From an uncultured Erysipelotrichaceae bacterium (GTDB taxonomy: Bacteria > Bacillota_I > Bacilli_A > RF39 > UBA660), in assembly GCA_902797415.1 (NCBI GenBank), contig CADBSQ010000001.1:1-26023 (forward strand): DNA of 26,023 nucleotides. The letters are read 5' to 3'. A program made the position numbers and the translations under genes. The notes under the pieces were generated by a model, which did not search any database, had not been told where the DNA came from, and was given only the letters and a program-made list of their open reading frames with translations. Below are positions 1-7,768 of the stretch, in pieces. Each line of letters starts with the position of its first letter. Position 1 is the stretch's first letter.

Positions 1-387
1 CCTAAACTATACATAAGTTCAACTAGAGGTGCAGAAGATATTATTGATTTAGAAAATGACTTATTATGGATAACTAAACGTAAGAAAGAAATGGGATTAA
101 AAACTATAACTAAAACCCCTTCAAAAGCAAAATTAGAAAAAACTATAAAAGAAAACAAAAAATGGGAAATAAATCACCTAAAGCCCTACACTGATTTATT
201 AGGTAATACCACTATAGAACATTTGTCTGGAGATCATTTCATATTTGAACAAAAGCCAAACGAATTAACTGATATCATAAAAGATTATATAGATGATTTG
301 GATAAACAAAATGTAGTTATTAATAATGCTGATGATGATGAAGAACCAACTGTAAAGCATGACTGTCTTACAAGTATAATTTGTTAG
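1..387 (+). CDS. C-terminal part of a probable alpha/beta-hydrolase (5' partial, runs off the window)
   Basis: Frame 1 is open from base 1 (PKLYISSTRGAEDII...) into the 91..387 ORF. EHLSGDHFIFEQKPNELTDIIKDYI resembles the catalytic-His segment and last helix of alpha/beta hydrolases. Confidence 0.6.
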   Translation, partial: PKLYISSTRGAEDIIDLENDLLWITKRKKEMGLKTITKTPSKAKLEKTIKENKKWEINHLKPYTDLLGNTTIEHLSGDHFIFEQKPNELTDIIKDYIDDLDKQNVVINNADDDEEPTVKHDCLTSIIC

Positions 388-491
388 ATAAGCATAATAC
401 TATTTAAATATCAAGCCTTGTATTTATTTATAATAGTATATATATTAAATAAGACATAAGTTAACAATTTAATAAAAAAAAGGAGAATAAA

Positions 492-1193
492 ATGAAAGTA
501 CTTAAATATTCTATTATTTTAATGTTATTAATTTTTATTCTATTATTTGTTGTTGTATTCATGTTTTCTCCTCCACAAGTAGGTTTTCAAGAAAGAAAGG
601 AAATAAACAGTTATGTAAAAAAGTATTTAACTAACAAGTATGGAGATCATAAATGTAGGATAAGTAAAATATCATACGAATTTCAGATGGATACATTATT
701 TGATTATTCAACTAGAAAAGGTTATGAGGTTAGAGTTAATTGTGATGTGGTAAATACTTATGTTAATATTTCTGGAGTTTATCCTGATGAGTATACAGTT
801 TTTTATGATGATTTTATAACAGATTATTATTTTCCAGATAAAGATGGATTTGAAATATATGAGTTAAAGAAATCAATGACTCCTACAAAAAATATTGAAG
901 ATTATTATTTCGTTAAGATTTATCAAGAATTTGATCCGTCTATTTTAACTTTAAAGTGTGGTATAACAACATTAAATCCGCCTGATAATTTTGGCAGAAT
1001 CCCAACTTTAGAAGAAATAAAGTCAGATCCAAAAGTATATGAAGTATTGGACTTTTATTATACAGTAGAAAATAGAATAGAAAATAAAGAAGAATATGAA
1101 AATAAATTAAAATTATTCTTACACCAGAGCTTTGGTGGAGAATGGCGCGTATATTTCAGAGATGATACGTTAGTTAGCTTAAGCAAAGATTAA
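492..1193 (+). CDS. Hypothetical protein with an N-terminal membrane anchor or signal
   Basis: 233 aa, AAGGAG RBS upstream, hydrophobic N-terminus (YSIILMLLIFILLFVVVFMF). No family recognised. Confidence 0.75.
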   Translation: MKVLKYSIILMLLIFILLFVVVFMFSPPQVGFQERKEINSYVKKYLTNKYGDHKCRISKISYEFQMDTLFDYSTRKGYEVRVNCDVVNTYVNISGVYPDEYTVFYDDFITDYYFPDKDGFEIYELKKSMTPTKNIEDYYFVKIYQEFDPSILTLKCGITTLNPPDNFGRIPTLEEIKSDPKVYEVLDFYYTVENRIENKEEYENKLKLFLHQSFGGEWRVYFRDDTLVSLSKD

Positions 1194-1220
1194 CCATTTT
1201 TAAGAAAAGGATTTTATTAA

Positions 1221-1511
1221 ATGGCTACTTCAAAAGAATATAAAGATTTTGTACTAGATCAGTTAAGTTTACTTGATGATATAACATTTAGACCTATGAT
1301 GGGTGAATATCTTCTTTATTATAAAGGTAAATTATTTGGTGGAATTTATGATGAAAGATTATTAATAAAAAGAACTAATTCAAATAAAAAATATAATCTA
1401 GAAGAATCTATTCCTTATAAAGGTGCTAAACCAATATATTTAATTGATACTGATAATAAAGAATTAATTAAAGAAATAGTAACTAAAACATATGGTGATT
1501 TATATATGTAA
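1221..1511 (+). CDS. TfoX/Sxy N-terminal domain protein
   Basis: FVLDQL...ITFRPMMGEYLLYYKGKLFGGIYDERLLIK and PYKGAKP are typical of TfoX_N. Confidence 0.85.
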   Translation: MATSKEYKDFVLDQLSLLDDITFRPMMGEYLLYYKGKLFGGIYDERLLIKRTNSNKKYNLEESIPYKGAKPIYLIDTDNKELIKEIVTKTYGDLYM

Positions 1512-1515
1512 ACCT

Positions 1516-1539
1516 AAACTAACTTCGGTTAGTTTTTTT
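1516..1539 (+). terminator. Rho-independent terminator after the tfoX-like gene
   Basis: AAACTAAC-TTCG-GTTAGTTT followed by a T run. Confidence 0.85.
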
Positions 1540-1634
1540 GTATTATTATTTAATAATTATTGAGAACAAATATATAAAATGATATTATTAATAGTATAAA
1601 TATGTATTATAGAGAAAAAAGAAGGGAGATAATT

Positions 1635-2019
1635 ATGGAAGAAGTTTATGAGTTTATAAAGGATAGTGGCTGTTTTTTTATAGCGACAGTAGACGGTGAT
1701 AAACCAAAAGTTAGACCTTTTGGCGCAATTAATATATTTGAAAATAAACTATATATCCAAACAGGTAAAAGAAAAAAAGTTTCTGAGCAGATGCAGTCTA
1801 ATCCAAATATTGAGATTTGTGCACTATAGATGGGTTAGAGTCGAGGGAAAAGTTGTAAGAGACGATAGAATAGAAGCTAAGCAGAGCTTATTAGATGCAT
1901 ACCCTGAACTTAAAGGAATGTATTCTGCAGATGATGATAACACGGATGTTTTATACTTTGAAAATGCTAAGGCAACATTTTATTCATTTACAGACAAACC
2001 AAGGGTAATAGAATTTTGA
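1635..2019 (+). pseudogene. Pyridoxamine 5'-phosphate oxidase-like (NimC/NimA-type FMN-binding) protein, split by a frameshift near 1821-1829
   Basis: After a GGGAG RBS, ATG 1635 gives MEEVYEFIKDSGCFFIATVDGDKPKVRPFG...NPNIEICAL-stop. The family C-terminal half (WVRVEGKVVRDDRIEAKQSLLDAYPELKGMY...FTDKPRVIEF) is in another frame, the 1696..2019 ORF. Confidence 0.8.
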
Positions 2020-2819
2020 ACATAAAAAATAAAAAATATATAAATGAAGGATTTAACAGTAAAGCATACATTGTTAATGAGGATTATATTTTATTAGAAG
2101 GAATAAATGATAATTCTTATAGTAATTATCGAAAATATGCAAAAAATATAAGTCTCTTAAGAAATATCAAGTCTGTCCAAATACCTACAAATATTCAAAT
2201 AATTAAACCAAATAAAGATTATCCTTTTGGCGCTTTGAAATATAAAATGATTAAAGGTAAAACATTTAGAAAGGAAGATATTAAGCTAGTAAACTTAGAT
2301 GATATAGCTAGAACTTTAGCAGATTTTCTAAATGAATTATATGATATCAAAGTACCATTTGATAAAACTTATTCAATAATAAGTGAAATAGATATTACTG
2401 GTTTAAGTGTTACTAAGCTAAAAGATTATCTAGATCCCAATACATATAAAAAAGTATTAGATTGGTATAATGCATATAAAAAGTATTTAATAAACTTTGA
2501 TGATTATCATTTTATTCATGGTGACTTATGGTATGAAAATTATATTTTGAATGACGATAATAAACTTATTGGAATAGTTGATTTTGAAAGTTCAGGTATG
2601 GGTGATCCAGCATATGATATCGCTTCATTATATTATTTAGGAAATGACTTTATTGACAAAGTACTCTATCATTATAAACATACAGACCAAGATCTAATAA
2701 AAAGAATCGATATATTAGTTAAAGCAAGAGAGATTGCAGATTTCGATGATACAGTTAGAAATTATCCAAAGAAAGTTGATGAACAAATAGAGAAAATTAA
2801 AAATGTTTTAAAAAATTAA
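2016..2819 (+). CDS. Aminoglycoside phosphotransferase (APH)/choline kinase family protein
   Basis: Brenner motif HGDLWYEN, metal-binding DFE and GDPAYDIA. The TTG start overlaps the upstream TGA. Confidence 0.85.
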   Translation: MNIKNKKYINEGFNSKAYIVNEDYILLEGINDNSYSNYRKYAKNISLLRNIKSVQIPTNIQIIKPNKDYPFGALKYKMIKGKTFRKEDIKLVNLDDIARTLADFLNELYDIKVPFDKTYSIISEIDITGLSVTKLKDYLDPNTYKKVLDWYNAYKKYLINFDDYHFIHGDLWYENYILNDDNKLIGIVDFESSGMGDPAYDIASLYYLGNDFIDKVLYHYKHTDQDLIKRIDILVKAREIADFDDTVRNYPKKVDEQIEKIKNVLKN

Positions 2820-2838
2820 AATTTTTTTAAAAAAGGGC

Positions 2839-2866
2839 TTGCATTTTTTTTAAAATAGTGTACAAT
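2839..2866 (+). promoter_or_regulatory. Sigma-A-like promoter with no clear downstream CDS
   Basis: TTGCAT (2839-2844), 16 nt, TACAAT (2861-2866), with an A/T-rich upstream tract. Confidence 0.6.
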
Positions 2867-2872
2867 AGTAAT

Positions 2873-3021
2873 TGTGTTGAATTTAATATATTCATCTAAT
2901 GAATTTATTTAAATTTAACACATTTTTTTGTCTTTTAATTTAAGACATAAATACAATACACCAAAAGAAATATATAATGAAATTTTTAAGTTTTTTGAAT
3001 ACAGATCAAATCTGTTTTTTT
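2873..3021 (+). ncRNA. Candidate structured small RNA (about 57 nt if it stops at 2929, about 150 nt if it reads to 3021)
   Basis: A 22-bp hairpin at 2873-2922 is followed by T7, then a 6-bp hairpin at 2929-2947 and a terminator hairpin at 3001-3021. It lies just downstream of the 2839-2866 promoter. No RBS-bearing ORF. Confidence 0.4.
3001..3021 (+). terminator. Rho-independent terminator
   Basis: ACAGAT-CAA-ATCTGT followed by a T run. Confidence 0.65.
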
Positions 3022-3022
3022 A

Positions 3023-3050
3023 TTGACATTAATCTCTTTTTTAGTATAAT
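3023..3050 (+). promoter_or_regulatory. Consensus sigma-A promoter for the 3083 gene
   Basis: TTGACA (3023-3028), 16 nt, TATAAT (3045-3050). Confidence 0.8.
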
Positions 3051-3082
3051 AAATTCAATTTTGAACAAGAGGAGAGTTTATT

Positions 3083-4303
3083 ATGAGTCTAAGTGGGAAA
3101 TTATTATATCAAAGATTTAATGGTTCAATATGGCCTAACCGAGAAAAAATTGATTTTTACCTAAGACATCAACTTTCTGAAGAAGAGATTAATAAAACCG
3201 CTTTTATTAGACAAAGAATGTTAGACTTTGAAAAGAAAGTTAGAAATAATTCAATTTTACAGGCATACAGTCCAGAAACTGGCATAAGATATTTTGATGG
3301 TATAGGTTATATTTCAGCATGTATAGATAACAATGATATGGTTTTTGTATACTTTTACGGAGAATCATTCATAGAAGCTTTCAAGAATGTTATTATAGAT
3401 TACGAGTTAAAGCATATTATCGACTATGAGTTTTATAACAGAGAAGAATTATATAAAGAACTCAATGAAAGAAAAAAAGATGATAGTCTTGATGAAACTG
3501 ACTACAAAATATTACTTTATGAAAAAATAATAAAGGATTTTAATATATTTTATGATGGTAACATTCCTGATGATATTATCGAGTTTTTTGAACGAAAGCT
3601 TAATAGGGGTAATGGTATAACATTTAAATATAATTCAGATAAGGGTTTATATGAGAAAGATTATAGTTGTAAAACGCTTTCCATTACAGAACTAGATGAA
3701 GTTCAACCTATAGATTATTTTAGTGGAGTTAAGGGGTCTAAACTAGAAAAGAAGTATCGTAAACATAACTTTACAAAAAACGAGCGTGAAAAAACAGATG
3801 AGTTTAATGCTAGAGTACATGAATATATTACAGTTGTAGGAGGAGAAGATTTAAGTATAAGCGATTTCCCTTCAGATGACACTATTACTATTTATATGGA
3901 TTATAAAGGTTACTATACATCGGAATCATCAAAAATAAAGGATGGTTTAATTGCTCTATATTACCATGGAATAGATGATGAAAGAGCCTTTTTAAACTAT
4001 ATTAAAATACTTGAAATACGACGTGCTATTTCATGCGTACAGAAAAACAATGATATTTATGAACAAGAATATTACAGTTTATTTCCAGAAGACCTTGATA
4101 ATATAATAAATTATCATGTACCTTTTGCTATTTCTACTCTAGCACTTCGTTCATACAGAAAATACTTTGGAGAAAATATACCAGAAGAGTTAATCAATAC
4201 ATTTGAGAACTATCTTAATACATCAACAAATCATACATATAGATATGATTATGAATCAAATAGTATAGTTAAAAATGTGTCAAAACAAACCAAACTATCG
4301 TAG
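3083..4303 (+). CDS. Hypothetical cytoplasmic protein built from two diverged ~200-aa repeats
   Basis: 406 aa, GAGGAG RBS, own promoter and terminator. Internal alignment is given in findings. Confidence 0.85.
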   Translation: MSLSGKLLYQRFNGSIWPNREKIDFYLRHQLSEEEINKTAFIRQRMLDFEKKVRNNSILQAYSPETGIRYFDGIGYISACIDNNDMVFVYFYGESFIEAFKNVIIDYELKHIIDYEFYNREELYKELNERKKDDSLDETDYKILLYEKIIKDFNIFYDGNIPDDIIEFFERKLNRGNGITFKYNSDKGLYEKDYSCKTLSITELDEVQPIDYFSGVKGSKLEKKYRKHNFTKNEREKTDEFNARVHEYITVVGGEDLSISDFPSDDTITIYMDYKGYYTSESSKIKDGLIALYYHGIDDERAFLNYIKILEIRRAISCVQKNNDIYEQEYYSLFPEDLDNIINYHVPFAISTLALRSYRKYFGENIPEELINTFENYLNTSTNHTYRYDYESNSIVKNVSKQTKLS

Positions 4304-4325
4304 GCAGATGTTAAATCTGCTTTTT
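4304..4325 (+). terminator. Rho-independent terminator
   Basis: GCAGAT-GTTAA-ATCTGC-TTTTT. Confidence 0.8.
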
Positions 4326-4379
4326 GTTTTTACTTATAATATGATATACTTATATTAAAGTAAAAATATGGAGGAATAA

Positions 4380-4790
4380 ATGAAGTTTATAAACAAACAA
4401 TTTGCTGAATTTAAAAGTGTTTTTGTAAGTGAAAATATACTTAAAGAAAACGAAGAACATGCAAACGTCGTAACCGCTTCAACCATGATTAATGTCTTCT
4501 GGTTTTGTCTGATTACTTGGATTTTAACCATTTTAAGCATTTTAAAATTAGAATCATTTTTAGTGAGTTATGTTTTTATCTGTAGTATTTTGTTACTAGT
4601 AATACCTTCTATAGTATGTTTTATGAATCAAGGAAAGGGAAAATGGATAAAACATCTTTTGTTTATAAGTTTTACTTTTTTTGTAGCAATTGCAGATGCG
4701 TGTCTTAAGTATAATGTAACCTTAACAATGGTTATTTATCAGCTAAATATTTTTACTGTGAGAAAGGGGAATACTTATGCCAACGCCTAA
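4380..4790 (+). pseudogene. Multi-pass membrane protein, probably the truncated N-terminal sensor region of a signalling enzyme
   Basis: GGAGG RBS and three to four hydrophobic segments. It resembles the membrane N-termini of PP2C/SpoIIE, HD-GYP and GGDEF proteins of gut Bacillota, but ends abruptly after LKYNVTLTMVI with no cytoplasmic domain. Confidence 0.45.
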
Positions 4791-5463
4791 AATGCATTTG
4801 GCTATTGCTAAGAAAGTAAATGAAACCTTAAACATGGATTTGGACAGTATTATGATTGGATCTATTCTTCCTGATAAATATAAAAATCATATAATAAGTC
4901 ATTATCAAAATGGAAAACCGGGTGCGGCTGGAACGGCAAATGCAGATTTATTTTTAAAAGAAAACCAGAATAGATTAGATAATCCAATTATAATTGGCTA
5001 TCTAACCCATTTACTCGCCGATAAATATTTTAACACTTATATGTTTAATAAGTATTATATTTATGATGAAGAAGGTAATGAGGTAGGTCTTCACATGAAA
5101 AGTGGCGATAAACATATGTCAAAAAAAGAAATAAAAGATGTAAAACACAGTGATTTTTTCACATACGATGAGTATTTGTTAACACACGATTACATTTCTA
5201 AATTCAAAAGTGCAAAATGTTTAGATAATATTCCTTCAATAAATAATTGTAAATTTGAGAAAAAAGAATTAAAAGAATTTATAAAAATAACTAATGATGA
5301 TATAGATAAGGTGACTTTATTTAGAAAAATACGTTCAAACTTTTTTAGTTATAAACTGGTTAATAAAAAAGACTTAGATAGTGAATTTAATAAATGTGTA
5401 AAATATATTATAGAGTATATAAATACAAATAATAAAAAGAAAAATAAAAGCAAATCATTCTAA
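4777..5463 (+). CDS. Zinc-dependent phospholipase C family (Zn_dep_PLPC) protein
   Basis: MPTPKMHLAIA, GSILPD, SHY and GYLTHLLADKYF metal-ligand pattern. No signal peptide. Confidence 0.75.
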   Translation: MPTPKMHLAIAKKVNETLNMDLDSIMIGSILPDKYKNHIISHYQNGKPGAAGTANADLFLKENQNRLDNPIIIGYLTHLLADKYFNTYMFNKYYIYDEEGNEVGLHMKSGDKHMSKKEIKDVKHSDFFTYDEYLLTHDYISKFKSAKCLDNIPSINNCKFEKKELKEFIKITNDDIDKVTLFRKIRSNFFSYKLVNKKDLDSEFNKCVKYIIEYINTNNKKKNKSKSF

Positions 5464-5481
5464 AACAAAGTGGAGGTTATT

Positions 5482-6096
5482 ATGCATGTTGAAGTAGGAT
5501 TTAAACTCGATAAATCTCTTGAATATTATCGAAAAAAAGTGGAAGAATATAATTGTACAAATTTTTATAATGCAGAGGTAGAAGATACTTACTATACTAA
5601 AGAAAGTCTAGATAATAAAAGTGAAAACGAAATAAAGTGTAGTTGTGTTAGGATAAGGCATGATAGAGATTTAGATTATAACTTAAAACCAAAAGGTAAC
5701 TGGAAATACTCTTTTCAAAACCTTACTCTTAAGAATAAAAGTACCGCCTTTAAAGTCAGTAACGAAAAACTAAATAGTATGACTAAGGAAGAAGTTTTAA
5801 ACTTATTAAAAAAGGAAGGGTTTAAAAAAGTTTTTTACACTAAAAAGTTGGATATACATTATAGCATAGATGGTTTTAATGGTGATATTCAATTTCAACC
5901 TATAGAGAATATAGGTCTTATTGTATATTATTATAATGATGATTATATTGGTTTGCCTTTAAAAGAACAAAGAAAAAAGCTTGTTGATGAATTAAATTTA
6001 GTTGGTTTTAATTTTAACTATGATAAATTAGGCTTAGATAAGTTAAGAACAATTTATTATGGAAAAGAACTATATAGTGATAATCAAAATGGGTGA
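5482..6096 (+). CDS. CYTH-like (triphosphate tunnel fold) protein with degenerate motifs
   Basis: Start reassigned to ATG 5482 (GGAGG RBS). N-terminal EVGFK, then EDTYY and CVRIR follow the CYTH order. Confidence 0.55.
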   Translation: MHVEVGFKLDKSLEYYRKKVEEYNCTNFYNAEVEDTYYTKESLDNKSENEIKCSCVRIRHDRDLDYNLKPKGNWKYSFQNLTLKNKSTAFKVSNEKLNSMTKEEVLNLLKKEGFKKVFYTKKLDIHYSIDGFNGDIQFQPIENIGLIVYYYNDDYIGLPLKEQRKKLVDELNLVGFNFNYDKLGLDKLRTIYYGKELYSDNQNG

Positions 6097-6100
6097 TGAT

Positions 6101-6823
6101 ATGACTGAATTAGAAACGTTTCAAAAAATAATTGATGAATCAAATTATATTGTGTTTTTTGGTGGAGCTGGTGTTTCTACAGAAAGTGGTATAAAAGACT
6201 TTCGTGGGAAAAATGGTTTATATAAAACTAAACCCAAAGTTAAAATAAATAAACCACCTGAATATATGTTAAGTCATGACTGTTTATATAAAGAACCAGA
6301 ACTTTTTTATGAGTATTATAAAGAAAATATGAATATTTTAAATTCTAGCCCCAATGTTACCCATAAATATTTGAAAAAACTGGAAGATACCGGTAAATTA
6401 AAAGCGATTATCACTCAAAATGTGGATGGTCTGCATCAAAAAGCTGGTTCATCTAATGTACTTGAAATACACGGGAATATAAGAGACTATTATTGCACTA
6501 GGTGTGGAAAAGAATATAAGAAAAATGCATTTATTGAAAAAGGTGTTCCTACCTGTTCATGTGGTGGTATGGTAAGACCTGATGTTGTACTATTCGGAGA
6601 AATGCTACCTGCCTGTTTCAATGATGCATTAGAGTATATAAGTAAAGCTGATTTACTTATTGTTGCAGGAACCTCACTAGCCGTAGAACCAGCAGCAAGT
6701 TTAGTACGATTGTTTAATGGAAAGCGCCTAGTTATAATTAATGATAATAAAACACCGTATGATATGATTGCTGATTTAGTAATAAATAAACCATTAAAAG
6801 AAGTATTTAGTAAATTGAAGTAG
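6101..6823 (+). CDS. cobB: NAD-dependent protein deacylase, Sir2 family
   Basis: GAGVSTESGIKDFR, TQNVDGLH, HG, CxxC...CxCG zinc ribbon, RPDVVLFGE and GTSLAVEPAA. Start reassigned to ATG 6101. Confidence 0.93.
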   Translation: MTELETFQKIIDESNYIVFFGGAGVSTESGIKDFRGKNGLYKTKPKVKINKPPEYMLSHDCLYKEPELFYEYYKENMNILNSSPNVTHKYLKKLEDTGKLKAIITQNVDGLHQKAGSSNVLEIHGNIRDYYCTRCGKEYKKNAFIEKGVPTCSCGGMVRPDVVLFGEMLPACFNDALEYISKADLLIVAGTSLAVEPAASLVRLFNGKRLVIINDNKTPYDMIADLVINKPLKEVFSKLK

Positions 6824-6832
6824 GATTAAATT

Positions 6833-7069
6833 ATGGACAATGAGTTATTATTAAACATTGATAAACTACATACTACTAAGTTAGGTGTTAATAGAATAAA
6901 GAATAACTTGAGCATTAGTGGGAACGTCGTTACTTATTGTAAAAATCTAATACTAAAAAGTAATTGTGAAATCCTTAAAAAAGGAAAAAATTGGTATTGT
7001 ACTATAGACGGTATAAAAATTACTATAAATTCCAATACTTATACAATCATTACTGCTCATAGGTTATAA
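6833..7069 (+). CDS. DUF3781 family protein
   Basis: LHTTKLGVNRIKNNL...KKGKNWY...ITINSNTYTIITAH pattern. Confidence 0.8.
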   Translation: MDNELLLNIDKLHTTKLGVNRIKNNLSISGNVVTYCKNLILKSNCEILKKGKNWYCTIDGIKITINSNTYTIITAHRL

Positions 7070-7111
7070 CATTATCAGAGAAATATTCATCTTTAAATAT
7101 AATTATAAAAT

Positions 7112-7136
7112 AGTAGATTAAAAATCTGCTTTTTTT
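7112..7136 (+). terminator. Rho-independent terminator, immediately followed by an extended -10 (TG-C-TATAAT, 7138-7146)
   Basis: AGTAGAT-TAAAA-ATCTGCT followed by a T run. Confidence 0.7.
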
Positions 7137-7161
7137 GTGCTATAATAATACAGGTGATAAC

Positions 7162-7758
7162 ATGGATGGTATAAAGAAAAAGGTTAAAGAAAAAATAAAA
7201 AAATACTCAAAAGAAGAATATTTAAATGGATATATTAAAAACGAGTTTTTAACAGATGATGGTCGGGCAGATATACTATTAAATATAGATAAAGAGGAAG
7301 ACTTATTTGATTCCAGAACTAGTGAGCCTCAATTAGCGATTAATAATAGTATTTATGAATATATTGATGAAAAATCTTCTATGTTAAATAATGATATATA
7401 TTTAAAACTATGCATAATAAGCGGAGTGTTTAATTCAAAAGATAAAGGAAAAATCAAGCATATTATAAGTGAGCATTATGCGATAGAACTATATAAGGCT
7501 CAAAAAGAATATAAACGTTACAAAAACAAAATATTTGCTTTAGTTTTATCTGGATTATTCTTTTTAACCTGCTATGCTATAATTGCACTCAATTTTTCAT
7601 CAAAGTTTTTTATAGAGGTTTTTGGATTTTTGTTTTCATTTACTTTATGGGAAGCATTTGAAACATACATATACACATTTAATGATATAAAACTAGAAAG
7701 GGAATCTATAACTCAAAAGCTACTTATGGATGTTGAGTTTACTAATAAAGAAAATTAG
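7162..7758 (+). CDS. Hypothetical membrane protein with two C-terminal transmembrane helices
   Basis: Start reassigned to ATG 7162 (AGGTG RBS). Hydrophobic segments IFALVLSGLFFLTCYAIIAL and FFIEVFGFLFSFTLW. Confidence 0.8.
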   Translation: MDGIKKKVKEKIKKYSKEEYLNGYIKNEFLTDDGRADILLNIDKEEDLFDSRTSEPQLAINNSIYEYIDEKSSMLNNDIYLKLCIISGVFNSKDKGKIKHIISEHYAIELYKAQKEYKRYKNKIFALVLSGLFFLTCYAIIALNFSSKFFIEVFGFLFSFTLWEAFETYIYTFNDIKLERESITQKLLMDVEFTNKEN

Positions 7759-7768
7759 AAGTGATAAT

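Noticed and set aside
450-2950. TAAGACATAA present in two intergenic regions (450-459 and 2941-2950)
   Set aside because: Only two copies of an AT-rich 10-mer with no extended flanking similarity; plausible by chance.
2977-3120. 47-codon ORF (MKFLSFLNTDQIC...) across the intergenic region
   Set aside because: No SD; it runs through a terminator, a consensus promoter and the next gene's start.
6101-6823. Sir2 as an anti-phage NADase (Thoeris/DSR type)
   Set aside because: It is a 240-aa standalone protein with an intact zinc ribbon and peptide-binding FGE motif of housekeeping deacylases, with no TIR, HerA or Argonaute partner.
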